A stretch of 64,000 nt of DNA, taken from positions 19,096,001 to 19,160,000 of the forward strand of contig OZ249452.1 of the NCBI GenBank assembly GCA_965235115.1. Direction: 5' to 3'. This DNA comes from Laetmonice hystrix. Its lineage: Eukaryota. The notes beneath the pieces were generated by a model that saw only the letters and a program-made list of their open reading frames with translations, did not search any database and was not told the origin of the DNA. The first letter of the stretch is position 1; each line of letters opens with the position of its first letter. Shown here piece after piece: positions 33,630 through 47,377 of the stretch. The position numbers were made by a program, and so were the translations under genes.

Positions 33630-34606
33630 CAAAGCGATATGTCCGTAAGACCATGCTCGCCGCCACCTAGTGTCACATTTGGTAATTATGACCATCCACT
33701 CACAGGAAAGACACTGACATCTATAAATAGCATAGGGACGGATAGCATCATTCTCCTACCGCAGCGCCATCTCTCTTCATTCAATGACTCTGCCTCCACC
33801 TCCCCATGTGACTCGTGATTGTGACGCAGTATCGCCGGAAGTAGTCAGAGTGGGATAGCATATGCCCCCTGCCCCCCCTTTTTTTTAATATATTGAACAC
33901 CGTAGAAGTTAGAGCCGGACCTGGGGCGTGGCTGTTTACTGACATAGTATTAGGGCCTATATAGGCCCATTACATAGGCCTAAGATAGGCCTATAGGCCT
34001 ACTTGTAGCCTACGTCATAGGCCTACATGTTTTCACAAATATTGTACCGTGATCAGGGATTATAGGCACATGGCTTCATTTCCCTAATGAAATATACCAC
34101 AGATTGATCTGTTTATATTGGACTAATAAAATGATTGATTGTATGTTTGATTGATTGATTGAATGGGCATAGATCTAGACCTGTAGGCCTATAGGCCTAG
34201 ATCTACGTTACGTACTAAGAGGCATAAATCTATAGGCAAAAATGGTGGATTCTTGTTATAGGGGCCTAAATAGGCCGAGTTAAACCAGGGGAATCTTACG
34301 AAAACGGATGGCGTGTGTATGGACATGTGTGTATAGATCTCTACATGTGGGTTTGCCCTCTTGGTGACGATGGGGAAGTCCTTCAAACTGACATGTAGGC
34401 CTATACGTCACATGACGTCACAATGGCAGAATATAGATCAAATAAACTCAAATATTTTGCTGGACTGCTTTATTGACATTAGGCCTATATATCCATCCAG
34501 TGTCCACAGGTGTATGCAATAGGTTATAACGATGGCAAGTCAGGTATGCAGACGGGTGATAACGTTTTAGAAAGGTATACGCCGTTATGAGGGGGCGGGC
34601 GCCCTT

Positions 34607-34987
34607 AATGAGGGACTTGTGTTACCGTCTTTTCCGCGTGGCGGCAGCACTATCAAACCCGGTCCCCTTGGGCCACATTATTATGACGTTAGATAGGTCG
34701 ACGAAATGCTAATCTATCGCTGGGTGCCGTAGTGCTATTTGCTATTAAATATTACGGTACGTTTAGGATTTCTACAACATGGTGAAGCCTATCAAGTTAT
34801 TACAAACAAATGGTTTTTCATAACGCAAATAATCTGAACACATCCTGCCACAGATTAGCATTTCGTCGTCCTATCTAACGTCATACTAATGTGTAGCCAA
34901 GAGGACCGGGCGACAGTGCTGCCGCCATGCGGGTATGACTGGAAATGCGCCGTTGCGCATGCGTCAAGGAGTGTGAAGTCCCTCATT
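34607..34987. mobile_element. Fold-back MITE, copy 2 (inverted relative to 6432-6799)
   Basis: Perfect 12-bp ends AATGAGGGACTT/AAGTCCCTCATT; body is the reverse complement of copy 1. Confidence 0.85.
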
Positions 34988-35284
34988 GGCTCCTAGATAT
35001 CTCCGTATCATTCAGTACAGTTACAGTGTGATAACAGAACAGATGGGGGTATGACCCCCCGCTTACACACACGTACATTTTTGAAGTATCTACCATAAAA
35101 CATAAATATCACCCTTGAATTTACTTTTAGGGCAGTCCCAGCCCCCCCCCCCCCGCATTTTCTGCCCCAGATATTAGTGTAGACCGTTATAGAGCAGTCA
35201 AATGTTATATAGGCATATATTTCTTCATAACGTCCTATAAGGATAATGTGTTTATTAGTTGTTTATTTTTTTGTTTATTAATTT

Positions 35285-35286
35285 AA

Positions 35287-35333
<47 letters not shown>

Positions 35334-35336
35334 ATA
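35285..35336. repeat. (AAAT)n microsatellite
   Basis: ~13 perfect AAAT units. Confidence 0.95.
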
Positions 35337-38300
35337 CAGAATAAAAAGACATGTGGCCTGTGCAAGGGAGAAAATGTGTCTTAAAGGCAGTAAATTTTAC
35401 AGCTGTCCGATTTGATTTTACAGCTGTCCGATTTGATTTTACAGCTGTCCGATTTGGCACTGTGGGTCTACGTTTATGAACTCATCATACAGGTTGGAAT
35501 GATATAGACCTATTATACAATATACCCGTGTGAACACTAGAAGACCAAGTACGGCGTTCCTCACTCACCCCTGCTACATTCAATCCTGGTTACACATCCT
35601 GTCATGCTGACTTAATCAAATTAATATAGCCACTCCGTGTATGGAGACATTACTGTGGACATATATGGCATGGGTCCAAACAGCACCAGGCACCAGACGT
35701 CTGGACAGCAGGGCTACATTTCTAACGCTTTGCAGCCCAATGTTTTTGTGCCTTTACAAAAAACAATAAAAGAAAGGAGTTAAGCTCATAGGAACCTTTA
35801 AGTTTGTCTTTGTTTCTGAAATCACACGCACATTAAATTTGCGCCGTAGTGTGTGCAGCGCGGGGGGGGGGGGGCTGTCGTCTTGCTTCTCGGCACTTCC
35901 CGGTGAATTCAGCCAACCAATCACAGAGCCCGTTACAAATTTCGCTATCATCGTCATCCTAGAAAACATCAGAAAGGAACGAAAGGAATTTAGTACATAA
36001 CATTTCCTGGAAGATCATTTTAACTCTTATTTAACGATATATTCTTCAAATATAGAATATTATTAAGATCCTTTGAGTATCTTCGTCACATAACACCATT
36101 TGTCGATGAGTTTCATTATGCTTTGCTGTGTCAGGGGGGAACATTGAAAGTGAAGTTTCACCCCTTACGGGCCCCATACCCGTAACACCACCAGCTCTAG
36201 TCCAGAGACGGTAGATGGGCGGAAAATTCTCGGTATTTTTACAGCGACGGCGTCTGTACTTACCGTCGTAGAGTCGCTGGAGCGTATCGTATTGAACGTT
36301 TAGGATATACTTGAGTGGGAGAAGGTCAACATGGTTTGACAATGGGTGTGAACTGGGCAGTAGCGAATGCGCTACACTAGCCCGTCTATATACCATGGCT
36401 CTCCCAGCGTCGCCAACCTTACCGACGGTCGACCCAGAGCTACCTTCGATTCCTAACCCCCACCAGGTGAGAGCTTGTATGTCAACCACGGTCGATTGTC
36501 TGATAACACTTCCTAGGGTTGCTATCAGGGACGGTGTGAACGCTAGGATGACAGGGAGGGAGGCTAAGGGCGAGCTGTTAAAACAGCCGACTGTTTGTAG
36601 ACTCGGTCGGCGGTGAGCTAGCCGAGACAGTCTGTCCTATCAATTCTCATGTCGAGTGATGACGATCGAAAATAATGCTCCAACTGGAGTTATTATAGGT
36701 GTAGCGACAGATATACATGAATTATGCGATGGAAGAGGGTTAAAGTTACATCCTTAGTTTGTTGGTAATGGCAGCAGGAATGTGTTAACACCTCAAGATT
36801 GTTATCAACTGAGGGAAAACTGGGGTAAATTGTGGTGACCTACATCGTCATCGAGACTCTTCATGTATACACAAGGCTGCCCTCGATCGGCGACCCATCC
36901 CTCGGCGTCTTATCCGATCATTAAACTCAACACACCTAGAGCAATTCCAATCACATTAAATAGAGAAATGAAGATAGTGTTAGAAACAGCGTATATTTTA
37001 AACATAACTGGCGATATGTGCAAGGGAAATTTCGGAAAAGGGAATCCATAGCAGTTCCTAGAAATCCCGGAAATGCCCCCCCGTGCGTGGACCGTTTCGA
37101 GCTACCGTAACGTGTTCTGTTAGTGGTTGTGTTGGGGGTTATAGAATAGCTTGGTAACTGATTAGTACCAGTAACATATATGCTGTAATATATTCGTATT
37201 GTATATGTTAGCTGTGTGTTGCACAGAATCGGTCGGGTTTGACACAACCAGCCGCTAGCCTAGCATCACTGCAATAATACATGGTACCTTCAGTGAGCAC
37301 TCTCTCGTTCACTCGGTCGCCGACCAAATGTTCGTATTCACATCATGTATGGGCGGTGTTTATTGTTGTTTCTAGTCTGGTAAGGGACCGAAGAGGACAG
37401 CAAAGATCAAGCGGTCAGACGGCAGTTTTTCGGACAGCTCAAACAGCATCATCCGTCAGGTATTTTCCTGTTTATCCTTACATCGTGAGACTGACAGAAA
37501 AAGCAATATGGCCGCCCAGTACGGCTGTTGAATTCTATGTCCCCACTCCCCGTAAGTTAACGGATATTTCACTGTATTTTACGCGTTTTGCCCATAAATT
37601 GCTCCCACATTGCCCTGGTGAGAAATAATTTTCAGATTGTTTCAGTTTTACATGTTGTCGAATGAATTTTCCTTTGAAACGGAGATAAGAATGGACGACG
37701 GTTGATACGAATAGGGGACTGTGCTGGGGGTGGAGGCAGTTCTAGGGATTGCTTGGTTCAGACTGGGACCCAAAGAACGGGAGTAAGGACTGTGGGTTCT
37801 TACGGGGGCAGATGCCACGCTCCCAAACGGGGCTGTTAATTTAATAACTACAGAGATGGTCATACTTGTGTAAATGTTTCCTCATGTTGTTAGCAATGGA
37901 TGGGCGGATGGGTAAACCTTCTTTTCAGCTGTAAGAAATATAGAAAGAAGCAAAACTGATTCATTCTAATACCTGATATGTATGGAATATTTTGTGAACC
38001 CTTGCAGAAACTTGATCTCCCCCCTCCTAATTACTGGGTGACAGACAGGCCCTGAAATATATTCCTACATATTTTCAAAATTGTGAAGGCTCTAGACTCT
38101 AGACTCTTAGAACCTTAATCTTTATCATTTATTTTGTGGTATGTTAAAAATGATAAGGATGGTTGATATTGAACCGATCAGAACATACTCCCAGTAACTG
38201 TGAACTAACACCCCACCCCCTCCCCCACACCCCACCCCCTACCTCACAACACCTCACCCCATCCCCCACACCCCACCCCACCCCCACACCCCACCTCCGT

Positions 38301-38624
38301 CCCTGACAATGACTAGCAATACCTATACCTAGTCTGGATCAGTATTGCTTCTTTACGTAAAGCTGTGAACAGGCAACTTACTATTTCAGAGAAACCTGAC
38401 GAAATGGGCACTTTGTCAGTTTGTATAATGTTTGAAGTCGGAAGCGTCATGCAACAAACCCCTTCTTTCCTAAGGACACATACAGTATTAGCCTAATAAA
38501 AACAGTCGATACACATTTTTAGCCTTGGACATAAGGGTTTTAATGAAAGCTAAAAATTGGTCCTAAACTCAAATTGCTTCTAAGTTCTAGGACCGTTAGT
38601 GTAACTCCCCCCAGGTCCTTTCCT

Positions 38625-39030
38625 TCTTTAGGAGAAATACAGAATCTATTTATTCCTTCGTAAGGAAATATTATTAAAGAATGTATCTCCCAGCATCAGT
38701 CCCTTCCTTCATAACTTAAGAAGAAATACAGAATAAATCTATTGGTTCGTAAGGAAATATGATTAAAGAATGTATCTCCCAGCATCAGTCCCTTCCTTCA
38801 TAACTTAAGGAGAAATACAGAATAAATCTATTCGTTCGTAAGGAAATATGATTAAAGAATGTATCTCCCAGCATCAGTCCCTTCCTTCGTAACTTAAGGA
38901 GAAATACAGAATAAATCTATTCGTTCGTAAGGAAATATTGTTAAAGAATGTATCTCCTAGCATCAGTCCCTTCCTTCGTAACTTAAGGAGAAATACAGAA
39001 TAAATCTATTCGTTCGTAAGGAAATATAAA
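38625..39030. repeat. 89-bp tandem repeat, ~4.5 copies
   Basis: AAAGAATGTATCTCC recurs at 38676, 38765, 38854, 38943. Confidence 0.92.
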
Positions 39031-39599
39031 GAATATAAGTATCAGCCTCAGCCCCTTCTTTCTTAAGGCTGAGTTCACATAGGAGTATAGTATACGGTAT
39101 ACATGTACTGTATTTGCTAAGCGCTATTCGGTACATTCGCTATACGGGCACGGCGAGTCACATAAAACGGTAGCACACGTGCCAATTCCCCTACATATCT
39201 GCCCATAGATCTAAAAATCTGGTTAAAAAATAGAAAGAACTGTATGAGGCTGAACTTTTAAACACAGGCACCCCAGACTGAGATATATAACAGCCGCCTG
39301 CCGCCCGCCAGTGTCTTAATTCCCGACATGAATTGAAAGGTGCCCCCCCCCCCTGCCCCTCCCCTTGAACCCATTTGTTTAAAATTTCCAGAGCCAATAC
39401 CCCTATATATCGGCCCTTAGATCTGAAAATTTAGTTAAAAAATATCAAGAACTGTGTAAATGCTGAACTTTTAAACACAGGCACCCAAGGTATACGCTGC
39501 ACTAAAATCGAACAAGCACGATTCCCACTACATGTATACTACTATACTATACGCAGCTACGGCCTTTTCTAATAATGCCCTCTGATGTGACCCACTCTC

Positions 39600-39730
39600 G
39601 TGGTTCTTCCCCCATGATAACTTTCCACGAAATGTTTGGGCAGGGGTTCCCGGGTTAGGGTTAAGGTCAAGGATAGGGATAGGATAGGGATATGTTTTTG
39701 GGAGGTGTAGGGACTGGGGTTAGGGGTTAC
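39600..39730 (+). mobile_element. Dispersed repeat with degenerate TTAGGG-like tract
   Basis: GGTTCTTCCCCCATG...GGGTTAGGGTTAAGGTCAAGGATAGGG; homologous inverted copies at ~42070-42170 and ~49740-49875. Confidence 0.55.
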
Positions 39731-42700
39731 AGAAACATAACCACATCAACGCAGGCTTAGTTCCCACAGGTAACACCAGGTGGCGGGACGGTCAGGTCAG
39801 CGTCCCGCTGCCCTTGCAGCTGTTTATCATTTGCCATCATTATGACCGGTTATAATGCAGGCCCCTGACGGCGTCCATACATAGTGCATGTTATGATCGC
39901 CAGGGTGCGCTAGGGTAAGATACCTTGAGCTCTGGCGGGTACGGTTGACATCTACAGATCAGGAGTCAGGCCTTTTCACACCAGATAGTTTGACATCAGT
40001 TTCAAGAGAAAAACATCGTTGCAGTCTAGGAGAGCAGAGAAGGGCGAAAACTTTGGTGTGTTTTCTCTGCCTTCACTGATCGTTATGAGACAGAAATATG
40101 TCATCGATATAAAATTATTCTTTTAATTTTACTGGCAGTTCTGTCATTGTTGATAGTTCAAACCACTAAAGAGAGCTACAAAACATAATTGCCCCCCAAA
40201 AATTAGACGGAAAATGTTGGTCTACAACAACAATTTACAAGTGAAATACTATAGCTTATATTCCAATGGTTCATTCCAGTGACGATGCATCAGTTGGTGT
40301 GACTACAGTACATTATCGAGCATTTATATATTCATATGCATATAAAATACTATTATCTTTTACTCGACTAGAGTAGTAATTGCTAGTCAGTTTGGTATGT
40401 GGGCAATCCGGAATCAAAATGATGGGCTTATTCCCACCACAGCGAGGCGATACAATGTTAACCAACGCCACAATGCTGTCTAAAACCGTTCTGCTGTCAT
40501 TGCGAACCAAGTTGTAAACATTGTATAGATTTATCAAAAACCACCAGCATTTCATGAAAGTATTTCCTGTTTATGGTCCAGGTTATGAAGTATTCCTACC
40601 GGTTAGAGAGTCATATTTGTATACCGTATAATAATATTTTGATCATGGCAGCCTTTGAACCTGAAGATTTTTTTAGACTATGACAGTTCTGGCAAGACCA
40701 CAGAAATAACGTATGTATGAATGTAGATACATGCTGTGTAACTCGGCGTGAGTGCCGAGTTTTGAGGTACCCTGGCGTCCCGGGTTGTTTACCTTGGCAA
40801 CGCGTCAGGGTTGTTCCTGAGTGGATGGAGAAAATACAACCTCGTCAAAATGGGGCCAGTGCCCCCTCCCCCTTCCCCCGTCTAGTAGAGTTGTTCCATG
40901 AAGAGACTAGAGTGCCACAGAATCGTGGGGCCCATTCAACAGACAGCAGCACCAGGCGCAGGGCCGCCTGGGTGTTGTCAGGGGACTGTACGATGTCGAT
41001 GTCGTCTGCTGGAGATGACGTCACAGTAGTGACGGGTGGCGTCCTCGAGAATGAAACAGATACCGTGAGTTGTGATGCTAGTTGTATTTTCATGAAAATG
41101 TTTATGAAATTAGCATGTAATTTGTAGATATACACATTAACCTTGACGGCACTTAAGGGGTGTGGCACCACTTGTTTCGCTTGTTTCACCGCCGTTGTTT
41201 CACTTGTGTTTGTGTTTAAGAAATTGCCTGGTCAATGTACGATGTACATTGGTCTCAGACCTTCGTGATTTTTATTAAGTGAGATTTAATTCAGTCCGTA
41301 AGGAAAGGGGAAAAGTCAACAAGATGGAGCACAATTTATGCCCTAGAAATCTACATGTAAAGTTAGCTGAAAAGGATTATTACTTTATGTTTCGGAAATG
41401 TACCATATATATTTTGAGGGCCAACTACTATTTAATATAAGAACAAACTTGCTAGTTAATAACTTGATCAGTGAGAAATAAATGAATAAACTTATTGATA
41501 AATAAATGAATTAACACAACTCCTTTTATTTGTGAGATCTTACGGCCCTGGGATAGACTCGGATAGTACCCACCCAGATATGATGACAACCTATTTGTCG
41601 TGATAATGGCATGGTAGGGCAGAATCCCAGCTTATAAAATGTATAAACTAACAGCCCCCCCCCCCCCCATCCAGTGGTAAGAGGGGCTGGGTCAGTAAGG
41701 AAGAGATTCCCACGATGTTAGGGGTAGGGTAAAACTTTGGGCTGTGAATAATGTAGATTTGTGATTTATACCTTCAAATTTCGCGCCATGCTATACCAGT
41801 CATGAAGCCCAGCAGTGGGCAAGTAGTAGGCAGACTGGACCGGGTACATATATTTATAAGTAGGTCCAGAAACCTGACCCTCCATCCTAGGCCTTCCTAG
41901 CAATCCGCCAGGAAATGTATATTTAGACCTGAGAGGATGGGGAACGATGTGTTGGGGGAGACAGTCGGCCCAGACCTCAGGCTGCCACCGGCTTGCGTTA
42001 TTTTGATGGAGTTCAGATTTAATCTGGTACCCATGGTAACCTACACGAAAATGGTAAAAACTAAAAAGCTATGCATATTTCTATAGCCCCTAACCCTAAC
42101 CCCTACTCCCCCTACCCCCAACCCAGCCCACTAATTTCGTAGGAAATAATCTACCATGGGGGAAGAACCATTTAACCGGATTTGTTTTTTGGGGGGTGTC
42201 TTGGTTGAACGGCTAGGGGTCATCGGGTCATTGAGCACAGACAGGGTACACTTCAACCCTGAACCTTGACCTTTAGGGTAGAGTGGGGTATTATACTGGG
42301 AACAGGTAGCAGCAACCTGTAGAGTATGTAGGCCAGTGTGTGTATATGAAAACTACTGGCCAGTGGCTGGGTGTGAAACTTGCAGTACAAACTTGGCTTG
42401 CGGAGTTATTCATTATTCATTATTAATAATACAAGATAGACAAAGGGCCGAGTCTGCATAAGTAGTATTACATAACAGTCCAGGAAGTGATTTATGGCCT
42501 CTAACTTGTAATACAGTCAGACCTCGTTACTCCGTGCGTCTTTATTCGGTATACCTCACAATCCAAACACACCTTTTGGTAATGTTTTTTATTTCTTTTC
42601 TATTTAAAATGATTCAGTAATCCGTATGTTTCACAATCCGAACACATTATAATGGGCACCAAGCTGTCCGGATTAATGAGGTCTGACTGTATTTAACTTA

Positions 42701-43094
42701 CGGTTACCCTATTCCAAGACCCAAAGCCAATCCTACCCGCCAGGTCACGAGACGTTCCCGAAACTTAACCCTAGCCCTGCCCCTATTAACCCTAACCCCC
42801 AGTTCCGTTTGGATGCCCTGATGAAAGTCTAGATTTCTGGCTCGTTTTGAAGTCAGGATGTTGAAGGGCGTGGGTAGATGATAAAACCTCTATAACCTAT
42901 GATGACATGTCCTACTGTTACAGTAAACAGAGCTATCCAGTGTGCCCAAAATGTCACTGAACTCGAACCCTTAGCAGGTGCATAATCTTCCGAGTCTTTG
43001 ATAGAAGGATATTAGGATAACAGCGTTCTTCCTGCTGTGGCCTGCAAAAATACATAGGAAAATAGGAGACGCTTGAGTGGCACGTCTCTCCTAT

Positions 43095-43445
43095 CGGGTG
43101 GCCGAGTGGTCCAAGATGTTGGCTCATGACACCTAGGACCATCGCCTCACACCGCTGCGGTCCGGGTTCGATCCCCGGCCAGGGCTGGGTGGGAGGCCTC
43201 GGGTGGCCGAGTGGTCTAAGGTGTTGGCTCATGACACCTAGGACCATCGCCTCACACCACTGCGGTCCGGGTTCGATCCCCGGCCTGGGCTGCATGTGTG
43301 AAAGGTTTGTCAGTCAGTTCCTTCCCAAAGGTTGGTGGTTTCTTCCGGGTACTCCGGTTTCCTACACCAAGAAAAACTGACTTTATCATCATCATCTTCA
43401 CCGCCGTGATATGACCCTGGCTGTTGCAAGGCGTAAAACCCCAAA
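43095..43445 (+). mobile_element. tRNA-derived SINE with V-type core and tandemly duplicated head
   Basis: Two heads 105 bp apart, each with A-box TGGCCGAGTGG and B-box GGTTCGATCCC (43165, 43270), followed by TTTCTTCCGGGTACTCCGGTTTCCT (V-SINE-like core) and a LINE-like tail. Confidence 0.85.
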
Positions 43446-46400
43446 CACCCACCCTCTCTCATGTCATGATGATATGCGTTGCTAATATAAAAACGTTTCA
43501 GTCCAAGAGCTGTGTACTTATTATCACGTGACACGTGGTCAGCTGTTGATTGGGTGAAGCCAGGAATGTAACCCGGATGCAATTATTGTTTTTGGTGACC
43601 CCCATAAATTGGGGTAAGAACATGTAATCTCTCATTCTTACCCCCTACCCACGTACCCCAGACCTCCCTAAAACTTGCCCCAATCCATAACCCTGACCCT
43701 AACCCCTACCCCAAATGTTACCATGGCAACGTCTCGTGAACTGCTGTACTCTGGAGTAAATACTGCCAGTCATGGTTCTCTCATCCAGTATGTCTCCGCT
43801 CCTCACACACAGCTGGGTAGAATGTCTACGCCCGCATCAGCTTCAAATTCATGTGGTGAATTTATTGTTTAATAATGGAGACAGAATGTCTCCGCAAGGA
43901 TGGAACTTTTGAAATACAAGAACGGTACGTAAATTACTTACAGAGGGGCAGACACTTTGGCACCAATGTAATGAGTATTTATATGACGGTATTAAACTCC
44001 ATGACAATAAAAAGGTATTTACTATACAACAAGTGAATGAAAATAGTCCATGAAATGTCGGCACAACATACATGTCAATAGATCTATAGTGTACTTATAT
44101 ATAGACAAGTACGTGTATATTTTGACATGTAATCCAAAATAGGTACAGTACGAATGGAAATCAGCAAATTCCTTTGCGTAGCGGTTAGTGCTGTGCAATT
44201 TGAAGATTGCATAGCAGTGTCCAAATCTTGTGTAGCAGTTTATGTGAACCTAACGCAGTTTTAACATTTCCTGAACAATATTTCTTTATGTCTTGTTTTG
44301 TCAGAAATTATTCATTCGCCGTATTCTAGGGTCCAGTTTGGATTGCAATTTAGTCTGTATGTATCGCTAAATGCGATACGATACCGACTACTTCCATCTC
44401 TTGGAATGTACATGTATTTCTTGACATGTGATCCAAAAAAGTACCGCATACAACATAACTGCAATAATGTCTTGGAAGGTAATTAGTCCCCCTAGAAACT
44501 TTACCGCCAAGTTAGGGGTGTGGGTTAGGGGCAGCGCTAGGGGAAGTTTCCCCATTGTTATTTTTTAGGGAGGTCTAGGGACAAGAAGTAGGGGGAAAGG
44601 TCATGTTTGGGGAGAGATTAGTGCTAGATTTTTAGTTCTGATCCCTCCCCCTCTCCAACCTCATGAAGATGTTGCCATCGAAGATGAACAATGTTCTATA
44701 AAATACCATCAGAAACTGCCTGCGCTGGGTAGATCATTTAATTTGATTAGAAAGGGGCACTGCTATATATGAAAAATGTTGATTATTGAAGGATATAAAT
44801 GTGGGTACCGGTATGTGTAACTAGAAGTGTAGGGGAGTTATGCCATTCCTCAAGGCACGCAGTGGAGAAATGGCCATGAAGGCAGTCGGTGTTTACTATT
44901 GGCTGGGTGGAAAGTGTTAAAATGTCGTCTGCTCCGGGTGTTTCCCTCCGTGTCCTCCAGGGAGCGCTGCCGTGGACGGGTATCGGCATAGCTAAATCTT
45001 GTTTTTTTTAACCAGCTGAGTGTGTTCTAATGTGGTCCAGACGCTACAGGTATGATTGAAACCAAACCGGTACCTCAGAATCTACCAACACCAGACACTG
45101 AACCAGTTTATGATCACAGGCAGCATACGTTGACAATCATAGCGGGGATTTGATGTCAACAACATAGGTACAAACTTGTACCATATCTAAGATGTTTTGC
45201 TAAACAAATTGGACGTGAATTTTCTCCATTGAGTTACCCTAATCCCACTGTATCATTGGGAAGGTTCTGAGTTCATTAATTAGGTTAATTGTGTAGGCCT
45301 ACATCATCTGGTAGGTTGATGTCTAAGGTAATGATTTTGCCTGGGAAAGATCGAGGGAAGCCCGGGGGGAGGGTAGGGGAGGAGGTTGGAGGGTTTTATG
45401 TGCAAATCTTTATCACAGAAATTAAAATGTTCACATTTTACAACGACTGGTATGTGACCTCCTTAGGGGAAGCGTACAGCACCCGGCACACGTTAACCTC
45501 GAAATAATTTAAGTTCAATGTCAAAGTCACCTCAAGCATTCTCTGTCATTTTCAACTCATCATTGATGGAGTCTAAATAAAATCCCCCTTTAGGTTAAAA
45601 TTTAAAATTTTGGTTTCTCATGATGAAAGTTCCGTAGATTCTGACTCACCTGAGCAGGCAGGTTAATAGTTTGACCTTTGACCTGAGTACTGTATTCCAG
45701 GGAGGGTGAGAGCGGACCGTAGGTCAGGTAACAAGGAAGGTGTGCAGTCATGCTCTAATTGTACCAGCTAGTGATTGGAGTCCGTCTTCATTGTGCTGGC
45801 CGGCTGGGTGTGTGTGTGTGGGGGGGGGGGGGGGTGTGTGAAGAAAGAGTGGGTGGGGGGGGGGGGGTGATTTGGTGGTGTGAAGGGGGCGGGGGGTTTG
45901 ATTGGGAGAAGCCTGGCTTGTTCTACAGGTAGTACAGGTCGGTCGATGTTGTGGTGAGGGGGGCTAGACCCGGGCTTGGCTTGGCTGGTAGTGGGGCCCG
46001 GGGAGGTGGATGGTGGCTGCCCACCGCCTGGGTTAAGTACAGTGGGATGGGGTAGCGGTAACGGTGGCTTGTCCCGGCTCTGACGTTGTCTATACGCACA
46101 CGGTGTCCGGGGTGCTCAACTACATAGAGCTGTACCTATCTGACATAAAGACACTGAGGTCGTCTGAGATGCTATGGAGTCTACCATACGATTTGGCCGG
46201 CAGCATAGCTACAAAAAGGTCTTCAAACTTGAAGGGGTAGGTGGAACGCTGGGGGGTAAACCCCTCTCCCCCCACCCTGTGGCTACTACAAGCCCCTTAC
46301 CCCAGTGTCAGTGTCCTAACACCGATAGTGAAAGGTTGAACTGCAAGGTCACGGCGCTGAGTGTCAAAGCCTGGTGTCACAGGAGACATCTATCATAAAT

Positions 46401-47208
46401 ATCACTTTAACTTCCCACCTCCCCACCTGTTTTTCGGATGGAAACTTAACACAATGTTTTCTCTCCAATCATTCACACCTGTTATTTTGTACCATTTTCT
46501 ACCCTACCCACCCGGTAAAGATTATTAGCGTTTCAGGTGAAAGTCAATGATGTTGGTGTGAAAGGAAGGACCTACCTGGATTTCTGAAAGCTTCCGTCGT
46601 TTCTGGCCATGTCTGGCAAGCCAAGTGAAAGGCTTCGGAATTCCTAGTTGTCAGACATTTGGGACAGCTGTATGATATGAACCAATACAACAGGTAAATG
46701 TCCGTGTATAAAGCTAGGCTGTGCAGAACGCGGTATCCTGTGAGCCAGGACAGGTTTTGTGGGCACCATATAAATAGTCCCAGCGGGAAGTGAGCGGTCC
46801 TAGCCACTAGCCACTGGTGCAAACCAAATGTCCCTTCCAGGAACTTTTTTTTATTGCCCTCGGATATTTGGGACGACAAGCCCTCCTGGTATTTTTACTG
46901 GAGTCTGGAGGCTGTGTGACATACCCTTCCGTATGAGCCCCACCCAGGCCAGCTGGGGGGTGGGGGGGGGGTGGGGATGGAGGAGGGGGGGTCATACGGA
47001 GGGGTAGGGGGTGCACGTCCCAGGAACACCCGTCACTCTTCCAGTATCTTAATTGACCTGCCCAGGGAGCCTTGGTTGGTGAGGTGGGGTGTTTGTGAGG
47101 TGAGGGTGTATGTATGTGTGAGGTATGGGAAGAAGGGAGGTGCAGGGGGAAACTTTCATCACCTTGTATCATCTATCAGCTGTCTTGAGCTTAAGTTTAA
47201 AGCTTCTG

Positions 47209-47377
47209 GGCCCGGTTTCAGAAAGGTTAGCATGATCTTAACTTTAGCTCTGCTTCGCCTTTTAGGACCCCTGATTGGCTGGTTGAAGCTGAGCAGCAGA
47301 GGACCAGCCAATCAGGGGTCCTAAAAGGCTAAGCAGAGCTTAAGTTAAGATCATGCTAACCTTTCTGAAACCGGGCC
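47209..47377. mobile_element. PIF/Harbinger-type palindromic MITE
   Basis: TIR GGCCCGGTTTCAGAAAGGTTAGCATGATCTTAACTT; 3-bp TSD CTG. A related single end lies at ~62991. Confidence 0.88.

Noticed and set aside
42085-42110. Interstitial telomere (TAACCC)n
   Set aside because: Only 2-3 imperfect units, embedded in a dispersed repeat family.
43095-43290. Two tandem tRNA genes
   Set aside because: A/B boxes are present, but there is no proper acceptor/anticodon pairing or T-run terminator, and a SINE core and tail follow.
37890-43815. Phase-consistent chain of tiny - strand exons (~43.7 kb, 40816-40793, 38395-38382, 37928-) giving ...TRCQGFSEILKRRFTHPPIHC*
   Set aside because: Two of the donors arise from the ubiquitous GTTGCCA(T/A)GGTAA motif and the peptide resembles nothing recognisable; likely chance.
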